A stretch of 33,338 bases of DNA from a virus (IMGVR_UViG_3300014501_000050:1-33338); one strand, 5' to 3'. Counted from the stretch's first letter, positions 25,973-33,338 are shown. Notes: generated by a model from the letters alone, not told the origin. Numbers and translations are program-made.

Positions 25973-26196
25973 GGCCCGGCCTTCGCGCGATCGTCGTATT
26001 GCGGTAAGTCGAGTTCGTATTCTTCGATGTCGAGCAGGTGGTCAGGGATCGCGGCGCGCGTGCCATAGCGCTGCTTCCATTCCCAATCAAAGTCGCCATT
26101 CGCCCGCGTGTAATCCAACGCTCGCTGGCGATCGCTGAACACAGCAGATACGCCCCGTTGCTCATACGAGCCTGAGTGGCAAACGTAGACCTTCAC
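25969..26196 (-). CDS. Common small phage early protein, 75 aa
   Basis: MKVYV...G.Y....V.AVFS....A....IEEYELD pattern. Confidence 0.7.
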   Translation of the reverse strand: MKVYVCHSGSYEQRGVSAVFSDRQRALDYTRANGDFDWEWKQRYGTRAAIPDHLLDIEEYELDLPQYDDRAKAGP

Positions 26197-26423
26197 TCCG
26201 CATCCTTCGGTGCAAGCTCCCCGCCGAACATCGCGTCGAACACGCGCCGCGCCTCCGGCGTCAGTTCGTCGATCGGCATGTTGTGGCCCAGGCCGTCCGC
26301 GAGCCGGATGTGGACGTGGCTGCCTTCGCGTTTCACCTTGGTGATGTGCGCGAGACTGAGCACGGTATCGGCGCTCACCCGGAGGAAGCCCGCATATGCG
26401 CGCTGCGGGTCCACGATCTGCAT
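26193..26423 (-). CDS. Small protein resembling the C-terminal half of a LytTR domain, 76 aa
   Basis: FLRVSADTVLSLAHITKV...HIRLADG versus LytTR F.R.HRS..VNL..I..I....V.L..G. Confidence 0.5.
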   Translation of the reverse strand: MQIVDPQRAYAGFLRVSADTVLSLAHITKVKREGSHVHIRLADGLGHNMPIDELTPEARRVFDAMFGGELAPKDAE

Positions 26424-26442
26424 CACAGTACGCCGCGTCGAT

Positions 26443-26592
26443 TCACGGTGTGGTAGCCTTCTTGAGCCACGCGAGCGCGCACCCAGTGGAGCAGAAATAC
26501 TCCACCCGACCGCCGGGGAAGCGAAGTTCGATCGGCGTGAGGGGAATTTTGGCGCCGCAGCAGTCGCATGTCGTCATCGTGTTTCGTGGCAT
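26443..26592 (-). CDS. TRASH/YHS-like metal-binding microprotein, 49 aa
   Basis: MPRNTMTTCDCCGAKIPLTPIELRFPGGRVEYFCSTGCALAWLKKATTP (CxxC...FCSxxC); ATG 1 nt after the rusA stop. Confidence 0.65.
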   Translation of the reverse strand: MPRNTMTTCDCCGAKIPLTPIELRFPGGRVEYFCSTGCALAWLKKATTP

Positions 26593-26593
26593 C

Positions 26594-27034
26594 TCACCCT
26601 GGCTCCGGTAGGGTAGGGGAATATGCGCTGAGCACGATCTCCGTGCGAGGGCACGCCCGGTCGATCAGGAGCCGGCTCCCGTCCCACGCGACCAGCCGAA
26701 CGTCGTCGTCCACGAGCCGCAACTCACCGAGCACGTCAGCCAAGCCTTGGTAGAACCCCACGGCATCGCCTTGCGCCCGGTCGCGGTAGAACCACGCGCG
26801 GACGCTGAGGTCGATGTCGAGCTCGTACTTCGCCCGCCACACGTCTTTGAGGTCCATGAGCACGAGGTCGCGCCACGCGAGCCACGCCTCGGACGGCCGG
26901 AGGATCCACGCGCGGCCGCGTTTCGTGATGGTGCCGGAGTTCTTCTTCGTGCGCGGCGCGTGCGGGATCGTGAGGTGCAGTGGGAGCGTGACCGGCTCGC
27001 GCGGCGGGGCGAACAGGCTGGGCGCGGTGGTCAC
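26594..27034 (-). CDS. rusA: RusA-family Holliday junction resolvase, 146 aa
   Basis: PRTKKNS, GDAVGFYQGLADVL...VDDD...DGSR...PRTEI acidic motif pattern. Confidence 0.85.
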   Translation of the reverse strand: MTTAPSLFAPPREPVTLPLHLTIPHAPRTKKNSGTITKRGRAWILRPSEAWLAWRDLVLMDLKDVWRAKYELDIDLSVRAWFYRDRAQGDAVGFYQGLADVLGELRLVDDDVRLVAWDGSRLLIDRACPRTEIVLSAYSPTLPEPG

Positions 27035-27324
27035 GGGAGGACAATGCGCCGGGAGTGGAGCACGATGCCGCTCCGTTTGCCGACCTGGCGCAGATGCTCG
27101 ATCGTGCCACCGTTCGGCCAGACGTCTCGCGCGACCACCTGCAGCTCACCGGGTGCGCCGAGCGGCAGCGGGATGAGCGTGCGCACAGCGCCCGGCGGCG
27201 GCGGTCGGAGCAACTCGGCCGACATCTCGCGATAGGTTTCCGGGTCCACGAGCCGATACGCGTCTTCTCGGCTCGCATTCCGCTCCCTGCGCCACCACCG
27301 GAAGAGTTGCGCGATGATGTTCAC
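27031..27324 (-). CDS. Hypothetical protein, 97 aa
   Basis: GTGA overlaps on both sides (MNIIAQLFRWW...). Confidence 0.6.
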   Translation of the reverse strand: MNIIAQLFRWWRRERNASREDAYRLVDPETYREMSAELLRPPPPGAVRTLIPLPLGAPGELQVVARDVWPNGGTIEHLRQVGKRSGIVLHSRRIVLP

Positions 27325-28031
27325 GCCTCGCCCCGTGCGAGCGCCGCGATCCGGGCGCGGATCGCCTCGATGTTGGGGTAGATGCTCCGCGACGACAGCG
27401 AGGCCGCGTGCCGCCGGTAGTGGTACAGCGGGTCGCGCACCCACACGGGTGGCGGGTCGAGGAGCCCGCGCTGCTCGGCCCGGAGCCAATAGAGCCAGTC
27501 CTCGCCGCCCTGGGGCATGTCCTCGGGGAAGCCGCCCACGGCGTCGTAGAGCGCGCGGGCGTGGATCGCGACGCCCGGGATGCAGTTCTCGGTGGCGAGG
27601 AGCCCTGGCGCATACGGCTTGACCGGCCATGCGCCGGACGCGCCGTCGCCGAACTCAGCGAGGGTCGAATACGCCACGCGCGCGCCGGGATTGGCGTCGA
27701 GCGCGGCGAGCAGGACCTCGCAATAGGTGCGATCGAGGACATCGTCCGCGCCGCAGACCATGAGCCATCGGGCGAGCGTGAGGAGGACGCCTTTGTTGAT
27801 CGCGCGGGCAACACCACCGTGGCGTACCCGGATGATCCTGAATCGCAAGTCGGAGCGATCGGCCCGGCAGGCGATGTCGGCGGCAGTAATCGTGTGGTCG
27901 GTCGAGGTGTCGTCCACGATCACGCACTCGAAGTCCGGCATCGTTTGCGCGCCGATCGACTGGATGCACTCCCCGACCCACGGCTCCGCGTTGAACGCCG
28001 GGACGATAATCGCGACGCGTGGCGTGGTCAT
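27321..28031 (-). CDS. Glycosyltransferase family 2 (GT-A), 236 aa
   Basis: VAIIVPAFNAEPWVGECIQSIGAQT..DFECVIVDDTSTD, GVARAINKG, GADD, VGGF and EDW; ATGA-coupled start. Confidence 0.92.
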   Translation of the reverse strand: MTTPRVAIIVPAFNAEPWVGECIQSIGAQTMPDFECVIVDDTSTDHTITAADIACRADRSDLRFRIIRVRHGGVARAINKGVLLTLARWLMVCGADDVLDRTYCEVLLAALDANPGARVAYSTLAEFGDGASGAWPVKPYAPGLLATENCIPGVAIHARALYDAVGGFPEDMPQGGEDWLYWLRAEQRGLLDPPPVWVRDPLYHYRRHAASLSSRSIYPNIEAIRARIAALARGEA

Positions 28032-28336
28032 GGCGCGGCTGTAGGCGCAGGATTTCTCGGCACGGCCTCGACCGTGTGGACGTGTGTGTGGTGAACCTGA
28101 CCCTTCGCCGCGTCGAGCGGTGCCTCGTCCCACGCGTGGCCGCACCGTTCGCACCTACGCGGGAGCACCTCTGTCTCGAAGGCGAAGCGCGTCGGCCACG
28201 GGTCGGGTTCTCGTACGCCGTATCTGCTGTCAGGGAGTGGGCTGAAGGTCTTCGTGGTGATGGTACGGACAGCCACGTCGGTGCATCCGCACTTCACGCA
28301 CACCGCGTCGGGATCGAACGAGGGGATGATGATCAT
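28028..28336 (-). CDS. Zn-ribbon protein, 102 aa
   Basis: CVKCG...CERCGHAW; GGAGGA RBS and ATGA overlap. Confidence 0.7.
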   Translation of the reverse strand: MIIIPSFDPDAVCVKCGCTDVAVRTITTKTFSPLPDSRYGVREPDPWPTRFAFETEVLPRRCERCGHAWDEAPLDAAKGQVHHTHVHTVEAVPRNPAPTAAP

Positions 28337-28527
28337 TTTGTCCTCCATCGAACTTCGGGGTCGCAGGTGCACTCGCCGGTCCCACGCATCACTCCGCACC
28401 AATCATCGTGCAAGACATCAGCGTGTCGGATCGTCCCTGGCGGCGCTGGGTCACTGTCGTAGAGCGCCAAGATTTTGCCCACGTAGCCCGGCACCATATT
28501 GGTGTCATCGGTTTGGCGGATATTCAT
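28333..28527 (-). CDS. Small metal-binding phage protein, 64 aa
   Basis: HDDWC......CTCDP motif; ATGA overlaps. Confidence 0.7.
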   Translation of the reverse strand: MNIRQTDDTNMVPGYVGKILALYDSDPAPPGTIRHADVLHDDWCGVMRGTGECTCDPEVRWRTK

Positions 28528-29201
28528 GTCGGCGTCCTCACGGCCCGCGCATCGCTACTCGCCACGATCGACCCGGGGCCCATCGAGAGCATCCCGACTT
28601 CCCGCACCGTGTACGACCGTACGGATTGCAGCTCCCGGGTAAAGCCGCGAACGCTGCAAATGATGTCTGCGAAGCCTGCGAGCCATCCCTTGACATTGGC
28701 TTCGTGCTCGTGCTCTGGCCCCACCTCATGGGCCGAGATCAGCGCGGATGCGAAGGTGCTCTGGAAGACCGTGTCCTCGCTGATGTTCGTGCTAACACCG
28801 AGTGTCGCGCCCGACTTGTGAAGATGCACGTACGGCGCCGAGCGGTGCGTCTCGTTGGCTGCGGCCACGGCGGCGCCGCTTGGGAACGAGTCCCCCGGTG
28901 ACTGTTTGCCCCAGTTTGGCGGCAACAATGGCGGCATTGGCTTTGGCTCCTTGACTGGGTAGTATCCAGACCCGATGCGGACGATCTTGGCGTCCCGTAC
29001 CAGCCCGCCGAGCACTTTCGCGAAAGTGTCGCCGCTGGGATAGGAGACGACGAAATGCTTGATCTCGTTGAGTTTGATGCCCGGCGATTCGAGTGCCGCC
29101 TGGATAATTCGTTGCGTCAGCGGCGGCATCGTCTCCTGCCCCCATCGCGCGAGACACGCCCTACGATCGGCGTCCAGCTTCGCGAGTTGGTAGTCGCTCA
29201 T
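28524..29201 (-). CDS. Hypothetical protein with N-terminal winged-HTH-like domain, 225 aa
   Basis: IIQAALESPGIKLNEI...FAKVLGGLVRDAKIVRIGSGYY; ATGA-coupled. Confidence 0.6.
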   Translation of the reverse strand: MSDYQLAKLDADRRACLARWGQETMPPLTQRIIQAALESPGIKLNEIKHFVVSYPSGDTFAKVLGGLVRDAKIVRIGSGYYPVKEPKPMPPLLPPNWGKQSPGDSFPSGAAVAAANETHRSAPYVHLHKSGATLGVSTNISEDTVFQSTFASALISAHEVGPEHEHEANVKGWLAGFADIICSVRGFTRELQSVRSYTVREVGMLSMGPGSIVASSDARAVRTPT

Positions 29202-29488
29202 GGCGCACCCCGGCCGATCGACTTCCGCGCGGCGTCCGTGGTGAATGGGTCGGGTGCGCTCGGCCGCACGTCGCTGCGCCTGCGTTTGCACGACGGCGCG
29301 TGGTTCACACCAGTACCGTCCACGAGGTCGGTGGGCCGCGCGTCGCTCTCGCAGGTGATCGCGACCCGCCGGCTCCGCACCGCGAGCCAGTAGACCGGCT
29401 CCCCGCAGCGGCGGCAGACCACGGCCCGTGCGCCACGTGGCACCATAAACTGCTGCGTGGCCTCCGGGCCGAATGGGTGGGCTCTCAC
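29198..29488 (-). CDS. Zn-ribbon phage protein, 96 aa
   Basis: CRRCGEPVYW...NHAPSC. Confidence 0.65.
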   Translation of the reverse strand: MRAHPFGPEATQQFMVPRGARAVVCRRCGEPVYWLAVRSRRVAITCESDARPTDLVDGTGVNHAPSCKRRRSDVRPSAPDPFTTDAARKSIGRGAP

Positions 29489-29673
29489 TTCGCTGCCACC
29501 GCTTTCAGTGCGTCAGCGCAACTCTCGAGGGCCGAGGCAATACGCCGCAGTACCGCGAGCTCCGCGAAGTCGGCGGGAGGGACTGCCACGTCGGTGTGCG
29601 CGCCACACCGCGTGCACGGTCGGTCGGTGACCGGGATGGCGAGCGACGCGCCACACCACGGGCAGCGCGTCAT
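29485..29673 (-). CDS. Zn-finger microprotein, 62 aa
   Basis: CPWCG...CTRCG plus helix LRRIASALE. Confidence 0.65.
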   Translation of the reverse strand: MTRCPWCGASLAIPVTDRPCTRCGAHTDVAVPPADFAELAVLRRIASALESCADALKAVAAK

Positions 29674-29948
29674 CGCTTGGCCCCGAACGGACCGGGGAGT
29701 GGCGGCAACGCGGGCATCGCGCCCACGGTCAGGATCTTCTTCGCCTCTGATTGCGCGGTCTGCTGCTCGGCCTGCGCGAGTTTGGCCAGGAGCTGCTGCG
29801 TGAGCCCGAACCAGTGCGCGAACGGCACCGGCATCGCGGTCTGTCCCTGCGGCGTCATCACCGGGAGATTGACCACCCGCTTCGCCATGTCGATGACTTC
29901 GATCTGCACGACGCCCACGGGCGCGCCGTTCGGGGGGGTCGGGGTCAT
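29670..29948 (-). CDS. Hypothetical protein, 92 aa
   Basis: ATGA-coupled start MTPTPPNG. Confidence 0.6.
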   Translation of the reverse strand: MTPTPPNGAPVGVVQIEVIDMAKRVVNLPVMTPQGQTAMPVPFAHWFGLTQQLLAKLAQAEQQTAQSEAKKILTVGAMPALPPLPGPFGAKR

Positions 29949-30196
29949 ACGCCCATCTCCGCGTCGTCCACTGCGGCGCGCGTCTCGAAGCCCACGCGAA
30001 TGGCTTTGAGCCACACGAGAACCGAGCAGTACTGCTCGCCCCTCAGTTCCCGCGCGCTCGACACCGAGACGTGGTAGCCGTCACCGATCACCGCGTGCAG
30101 CCGCTCGCGCCACGCCACTGGCGCCCCGTCAGGTGCCGTCAGGTGCGCCGCCGCGCCCCGGTCAGGTTGGGTCCGGTCGGTCTCGACCACGCTCAT
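29945..30196 (-). CDS. Hypothetical protein, 83 aa
   Basis: ATGA overlaps on both sides. Confidence 0.55.
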   Translation of the reverse strand: MSVVETDRTQPDRGAAAHLTAPDGAPVAWRERLHAVIGDGYHVSVSSARELRGEQYCSVLVWLKAIRVGFETRAAVDDAEMGV

Positions 30197-30669
30197 GTGC
30201 CCGTCCCGATCCGGCCGACCACCTTCGCCGACAGCGCGGGTTGCGGCGTCACCGCGCCGCTATACGCCTCACCGAACACACGCTCGAGCGCGAACTGGTC
30301 GGTGGATTCCCAGATCGCGGCCAAGCCGCCAGCAGCCGAGATCCCGGCCCGTGTCGGGGCGTCGAACCCGTCCCATGCAGAGCGCGGCGTGAACCGCGGC
30401 CCGCTGTAACTCCCCATTACGGCGCGCACCGATCGGAGCGACGCGGCGGCACGAGCCTTCACATCGCCGACCGCCAGCGTCCGGAGCTCGCCGACTGACG
30501 GGAAGAACGTCGTCTCTCGGATCGCTCGCTCAATCGCGCGGAGGAAGTCCACGTCGGAGATCCCGGCGAGTCCCCAGCGGTAGGTCTCGATCACCGTCTC
30601 GTCCAGGTGGCGCCCGGCATGTGCCGCGGCCAGTCGCGCCATCCCGTTGGCAAACACATTCGCGTCCAT
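30193..30669 (-). CDS. Helicase loader/inhibitor-like replication protein (DUF6475/G39P-like), 158 aa
   Basis: Y...L......F..A........FFPSVGEL and AAGGLAAIW motifs; directly downstream of the initiator. Confidence 0.7.
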   Translation of the reverse strand: MDANVFANGMARLAAAHAGRHLDETVIETYRWGLAGISDVDFLRAIERAIRETTFFPSVGELRTLAVGDVKARAAASLRSVRAVMGSYSGPRFTPRSAWDGFDAPTRAGISAAGGLAAIWESTDQFALERVFGEAYSGAVTPQPALSAKVVGRIGTGT

Positions 30670-31562
30670 CAGCCGATCTCTCCCGCCGCGTGCGCGGCCT
30701 GCTCCTTCGCCAGAACACTTTCAATCGCCGATTTGGTGCGGTCCATTCCGGTGCGGCCACCGCGGGGCGCGTGCCCGTTCGCTGGTGGTGGCGTCGAGGT
30801 CTCCGCGTACCGACGGATCGCGTTGCGCACGAACGTCCAGAGGTGCGTGGCCGACCAGTTGCCGGGATCGTCCGCGTACTCGTTCATCGCCGTGATCAGC
30901 ACCGGGTCGGTTGGCTTCTGGGTCGGCGGACAGTCAGCGCCTTGGCGCCACATGCGCACCTTCGACCGAAGCGCGGCACGACGGTGCGGCGGCGCTTTCT
31001 CGAGGAACCGATCAAGCGCTGGCTCGAAGGGCAGCGCAGTGGTCGGCGACGGCGAGATTTCCACATCACGATCCACATCGCCGCTCGCGCGCGGTGACGT
31101 GTTGTGTGTAGTTACTTGACCTTGATGACTACCTTCACACTTCACTTCTACTTCAGCCCGAGTAAACCCGGGCAGGTCTGGAGTACTCCCGACTAGCTCC
31201 GGAGTACTCCGGGGGGCTGCTGGATCAGGGGGTAACTTGGACGCCGCCTCGCGATCGACACGGAGTCCTTTTTGGTGGCGCTTGAAGCCTGGCAATCTCA
31301 GGCATTGGGTGCCATCGGCGAGATAGCGGACGACCAGACCTTCGCGCTCCAGCTCGACCAGCGCTTTGTGGATCGCGCTGACCGTGAGTGACGTGCGCAT
31401 CGGGGCGACGATGCTTTTGAGCTTGAACGGATCACCTGGCAACCGCCCTTCGATGTCGGCGTGGGGGATCAGCCGGTAGAACAGGACTTCCGCGGCAAGC
31501 GACACTCGGGTGAGTTGCTCCGAGTACGCGATCGACTTCGACAGGAACCGACCGTCCGGCAT
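30669..31562 (-). CDS. Phage replication initiator (replisome organizer, lambda O analogue), 297 aa
   Basis: N-terminal wHTH LFYRLIPHADIEGRLPGDP...ALVELEREGLVVRY...LPGFKRHQ; central low-complexity linker holding repeats. Confidence 0.85.
   Translation of the reverse strand: MPDGRFLSKSIAYSEQLTRVSLAAEVLFYRLIPHADIEGRLPGDPFKLKSIVAPMRTSLTVSAIHKALVELEREGLVVRYLADGTQCLRLPGFKRHQKGLRVDREAASKLPPDPAAPRSTPELVGSTPDLPGFTRAEVEVKCEGSHQGQVTTHNTSPRASGDVDRDVEISPSPTTALPFEPALDRFLEKAPPHRRAALRSKVRMWRQGADCPPTQKPTDPVLITAMNEYADDPGNWSATHLWTFVRNAIRRYAETSTPPPANGHAPRGGRTGMDRTKSAIESVLAKEQAAHAAGEIG
31100..31212. promoter_or_regulatory. Putative replication origin: palindromic iterons plus strand-asymmetric AT-richer tract
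   Basis: GGAGTACTCC at 31180 and 31201, degenerate CGAGTAAACC at 31159 (21-bp period); adjacent tract GTTACTTGACCTTGATGACTACCTTCACACTTCACTTCTACTTC. Confidence 0.65.
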
Positions 31563-31747
31563 TACGACTTCCCCTCGAGTGTGCGGATACGGGTGACGAG
31601 CGCGCGGATCACGCCGGCGACCGTGATGTGCGCGTGGCCGCCAGTGGTGACCGCCATCGCTTCGGTGATCGCGGCCTTGAGCTGCCCGCGCGCGGATTCG
31701 AGCTGCATCCCGTACGGCAGATCCACGGGCGAGTCGAAGCGCGTCAT
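31562..31747 (-). CDS. Hypothetical protein, 61 aa
   Basis: ATGA start overlap; TAATG overlap with the initiator. Confidence 0.6.
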   Translation of the reverse strand: MTRFDSPVDLPYGMQLESARGQLKAAITEAMAVTTGGHAHITVAGVIRALVTRIRTLEGKS

Positions 31748-31845
31748 GCGCACACCCGTGCGAGGGCCCACACCCAGACCGCGGCGTCGCCGAGCAGCAC
31801 GAGCGCGAGCCGCCAGTTGAACCGGTGTGCGTGTGGCAGCATCAT
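31744..31845 (-). CDS. Hydrophobic micropeptide, 33 aa
   Basis: ATGA overlaps on both sides; MMLPHAHRFNWRLALVLLGDAAVWVWALARVCA. Confidence 0.45.
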   Translation of the reverse strand: MMLPHAHRFNWRLALVLLGDAAVWVWALARVCA

Positions 31846-32153
31846 CGGTCGGCCATCTTCTTCCTCGCGTGCAGCCACCACTCGAAGCGGGTAGCATCGG
31901 AGAGCGCGTCCCACTTGATGCGCAGCTCCGTCACGTGCACGGAGATATGCTTTTGCGTCGCCCACAACTCGAAGCCCAGTTTGTCGCGCATCGCGGCATA
32001 GCTGGTGTGGGGTGCACCGCGTGCGCGGTTCACGATCTGACGGACTCGCTCGCCCGATATTCCGAAATCGCCGCCAACGCTGCGGCGCGTATCGCCGCGC
32101 CCGACACGCGCGACAATCAGCTCGTCGCGCTCCGGCTTCCGTGAGCCCATCAT
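31842..32153 (-). CDS. HTH DNA-binding protein (sigma70 region 4-like), 103 aa
   Basis: RDELIVARV..GDTRRSVGGDFGISGERVRQIV. Confidence 0.75.
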   Translation of the reverse strand: MMGSRKPERDELIVARVGRGDTRRSVGGDFGISGERVRQIVNRARGAPHTSYAAMRDKLGFELWATQKHISVHVTELRIKWDALSDATRFEWWLHARKKMADR

Positions 32154-32251
32154 CGGGCCGCCATCCAGTACGCGCGCTCGGCGGCGGCACGCTCCGGGGT
32201 GGTGGGGAGTGGCGCGAAGAGCCAGCGGAGGAAGGCGAGGAGGCGGGTCAT
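32150..32251 (-). CDS. Micropeptide, 33 aa
   Basis: ATGA overlaps on both sides; MTRLLAFLRWLFAPLPTTPERAAAERAYWMAAR. Confidence 0.45.
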   Translation of the reverse strand: MTRLLAFLRWLFAPLPTTPERAAAERAYWMAAR

Positions 32252-32487
32252 AGCGGCGGGTCCTCGTCGGCGGTCGGCGTATCGGTGCGGCAGCATGGCC
32301 CGTGCAGCCCGCAGTCGTCGCAGGGATTATCGCAACCGTCGTCCTCGTCGTCGTCCTCGTCGTCGCATTCGGCATCATCGCAGCAAGTGCAGTGCAGCGC
32401 CGAATACGCGCGCGTCTCCACCACGCTGTCATCGATGTCGCCGTGGCAATAGCACATCTGTCCGCACTCGGGGCATTCGTGGGCCAT
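32248..32487 (-). CDS. Cys/Asp-rich metal-binding microprotein, 79 aa
   Basis: TAATG-coupled; MAHECPECGQMCYCHGD...; 13 Cys and an acidic DDEDDDEDD tract. Confidence 0.7.
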   Translation of the reverse strand: MAHECPECGQMCYCHGDIDDSVVETRAYSALHCTCCDDAECDDEDDDEDDGCDNPCDDCGLHGPCCRTDTPTADEDPPL

Positions 32488-32741
32488 TAGGCTTTCGCCT
32501 CCGCGGTCCGGCGGTCCAGCGCTTCGATCTGCGCGATGGCGAGGGCGGCGATGCGGACGAGGTGGGCGCGCTCTCTGGCGACGCTCGGCTCTGCGCTGAG
32601 ACGTTCGTCGACCACGTACTGCTCGAACGCGTCGCGGCCTCGGCGCCAACGCTCGGCGCCCATTTCCACTGGAGCCGCGTCGTGCCGCTGCTTAAGCGGG
32701 TCCTCGCGCACCTCGTCGTAGACCGTGCGGGGCTGGCTCAC
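32487..32741 (-). CDS. Phage protein with MazG-like C-terminal helix, 84 aa
   Basis: RAHLVRIAALAIAQIEALDR resembles the R..LV..AAL..A.IE..DR phage motif. Confidence 0.6.
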   Translation of the reverse strand: MSQPRTVYDEVREDPLKQRHDAAPVEMGAERWRRGRDAFEQYVVDERLSAEPSVARERAHLVRIAALAIAQIEALDRRTAEAKA

Positions 32742-33067
32742 AGAACGCCCCCAACGCGCGCAGCTTCACGCAGGCAGTCGAGGCACAGGAACGCCGTAGA
32801 CGACTCGTAGTCAGGCTCCTGGCCGACCTGCACCACGACATCTGGGTCTAACTTCTCGCACCCCGAGCACTGCCAGTAATGCGTCCAGCAGGAGTTGCCG
32901 ATCACGCGGTCCACGGCGTCTGGATCGGGAGTTGGCCCTAGCGCGTCGAGCGCGCGGCCAATGACCAGCTTATCGGCGCCGTACTCGCCGCTGTCGTATG
33001 TCGCGTGCCAGTGCGATGCGGCCTCGTTCGCCAGGGACTGCCGGGTGACCTTCACCGGAGGGCTCAC
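32738..33067 (-). CDS. Zn-binding phage protein, 109 aa
   Basis: CSGC...VVVQVGQEPDYESSTAFLCLDCL. Confidence 0.7.
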   Translation of the reverse strand: MSPPVKVTRQSLANEAASHWHATYDSGEYGADKLVIGRALDALGPTPDPDAVDRVIGNSCWTHYWQCSGCEKLDPDVVVQVGQEPDYESSTAFLCLDCLREAARVGGVL

Positions 33068-33224
33068 GCGGCCACCCGGCGCGGTGTCGCCAGCGGTGGC
33101 ACAGCGGCGAAAAGGCGCTCCAGTGCCTCCGGATGGCCGTCTACCGACCGGCCAATTACCTTCGGATAGAGCGCCCTAATGCACCTACGTACCCCCGCTG
33201 CACTTACCCGCCGACATTCTCCCC

Positions 33225-33338
33225 ATGGCACAGACGAAGGACTACTACGCGGTCCTCGGCGTGTCGGCTACGGCCGCGCAAGACGAGATCAAGAAGCAGT
33301 ATCGCAAACTCGCCAAGCGGTATCACCCCGACGCGAAC
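33225..33338 (+). CDS. dnaJ: Chaperone DnaJ/J-domain protein, 5' end (partial)
   Basis: [38 protein letters not shown]: J-domain start with HPD motif. Confidence 0.9.
   Translation, partial: MAQTKDYYAVLGVSATAAQDEIKKQYRKLAKRYHPDAN

Larger units (their letters stand above)
1..33140 (-). mobile_element. Siphovirus-type prophage/phage region (early/replication, packaging, head, neck and tail modules); continues past the left edge, right boundary approximate
   Basis: Co-oriented minus-strand genes in canonical order terS-terL-portal-MuF-scaffold-capsid-connector-tail tube-chaperone-tape measure; no sheath gene; host-like dnaJ begins at 33225. Confidence 0.95.

Noticed and set aside
30126-30168. 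CCGTCAGGTG twice in tandem plus a degenerate third copy
   Set aside because: Short, inside a coupled ORF and not found elsewhere by eye; probably slippage.
33134-33162. Possible dnaJ promoter TGGCCG-17-TACCTT
   Set aside because: -35 match is only 3/6 and no CIRCE inverted repeat is visible; cannot be supported.
58-33179. Numerous long plus-strand ORFs (e.g. 910-2517, 8223-10013, 10010-11527, 19354-20475)
   Set aside because: Antisense shadows of GC-rich minus-strand genes; no recognisable motifs, and they overlap well-supported phage genes entirely.
1-33338. tRNA/rRNA genes, IS elements, integrase, tail sheath, endolysin
   Set aside because: No matching motifs seen by eye; a tRNAscan/Rfam/HMM run would be needed to exclude them formally.

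Overview
GC-rich window (about 70% by eye) that is almost entirely a siphovirus-type (pro)phage encoded on the minus strand. In transcription order (right to left) it holds about 30 small, translationally coupled early genes: many Cys/Zn-finger microproteins, an HTH protein, a replication initiator containing a likely origin, a helicase loader-like protein, a GT2 glycosyltransferase, RusA and a cold-shock protein. Then come terS, terL, portal, a five-gene fibre/decoration cluster, a MuF-like minor head protein, scaffold, cement, major capsid, head-tail connector, a GT4 glycosyltransferase, head closure, an Ig-domain protein, tail completion/terminator, tail tube, tail chaperones with a -1 frameshift, and a tape measure gene running off the left edge. 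At the right edge the early operon abuts the 5' end of a host-like dnaJ on the plus strand, with no integrase or repressor in between. The DnaJ N-terminus suggests a Gemmatimonadota-like host (recollection, unverified). Most notable: (1) the 3' extension of the csp gene is a 69-nt, 72%-identical inverted copy of an internal terL segment; (2) a GACCAC/CTCGCACG motif recurs in late intergenic leaders; (3) a glycosyltransferase is embedded in the neck module; (4) fibre genes sit between portal and head genes. All family calls come from motif recognition by eye, not database searches. Many starts were moved from the ORF track to coupled ATG/GTG codons.
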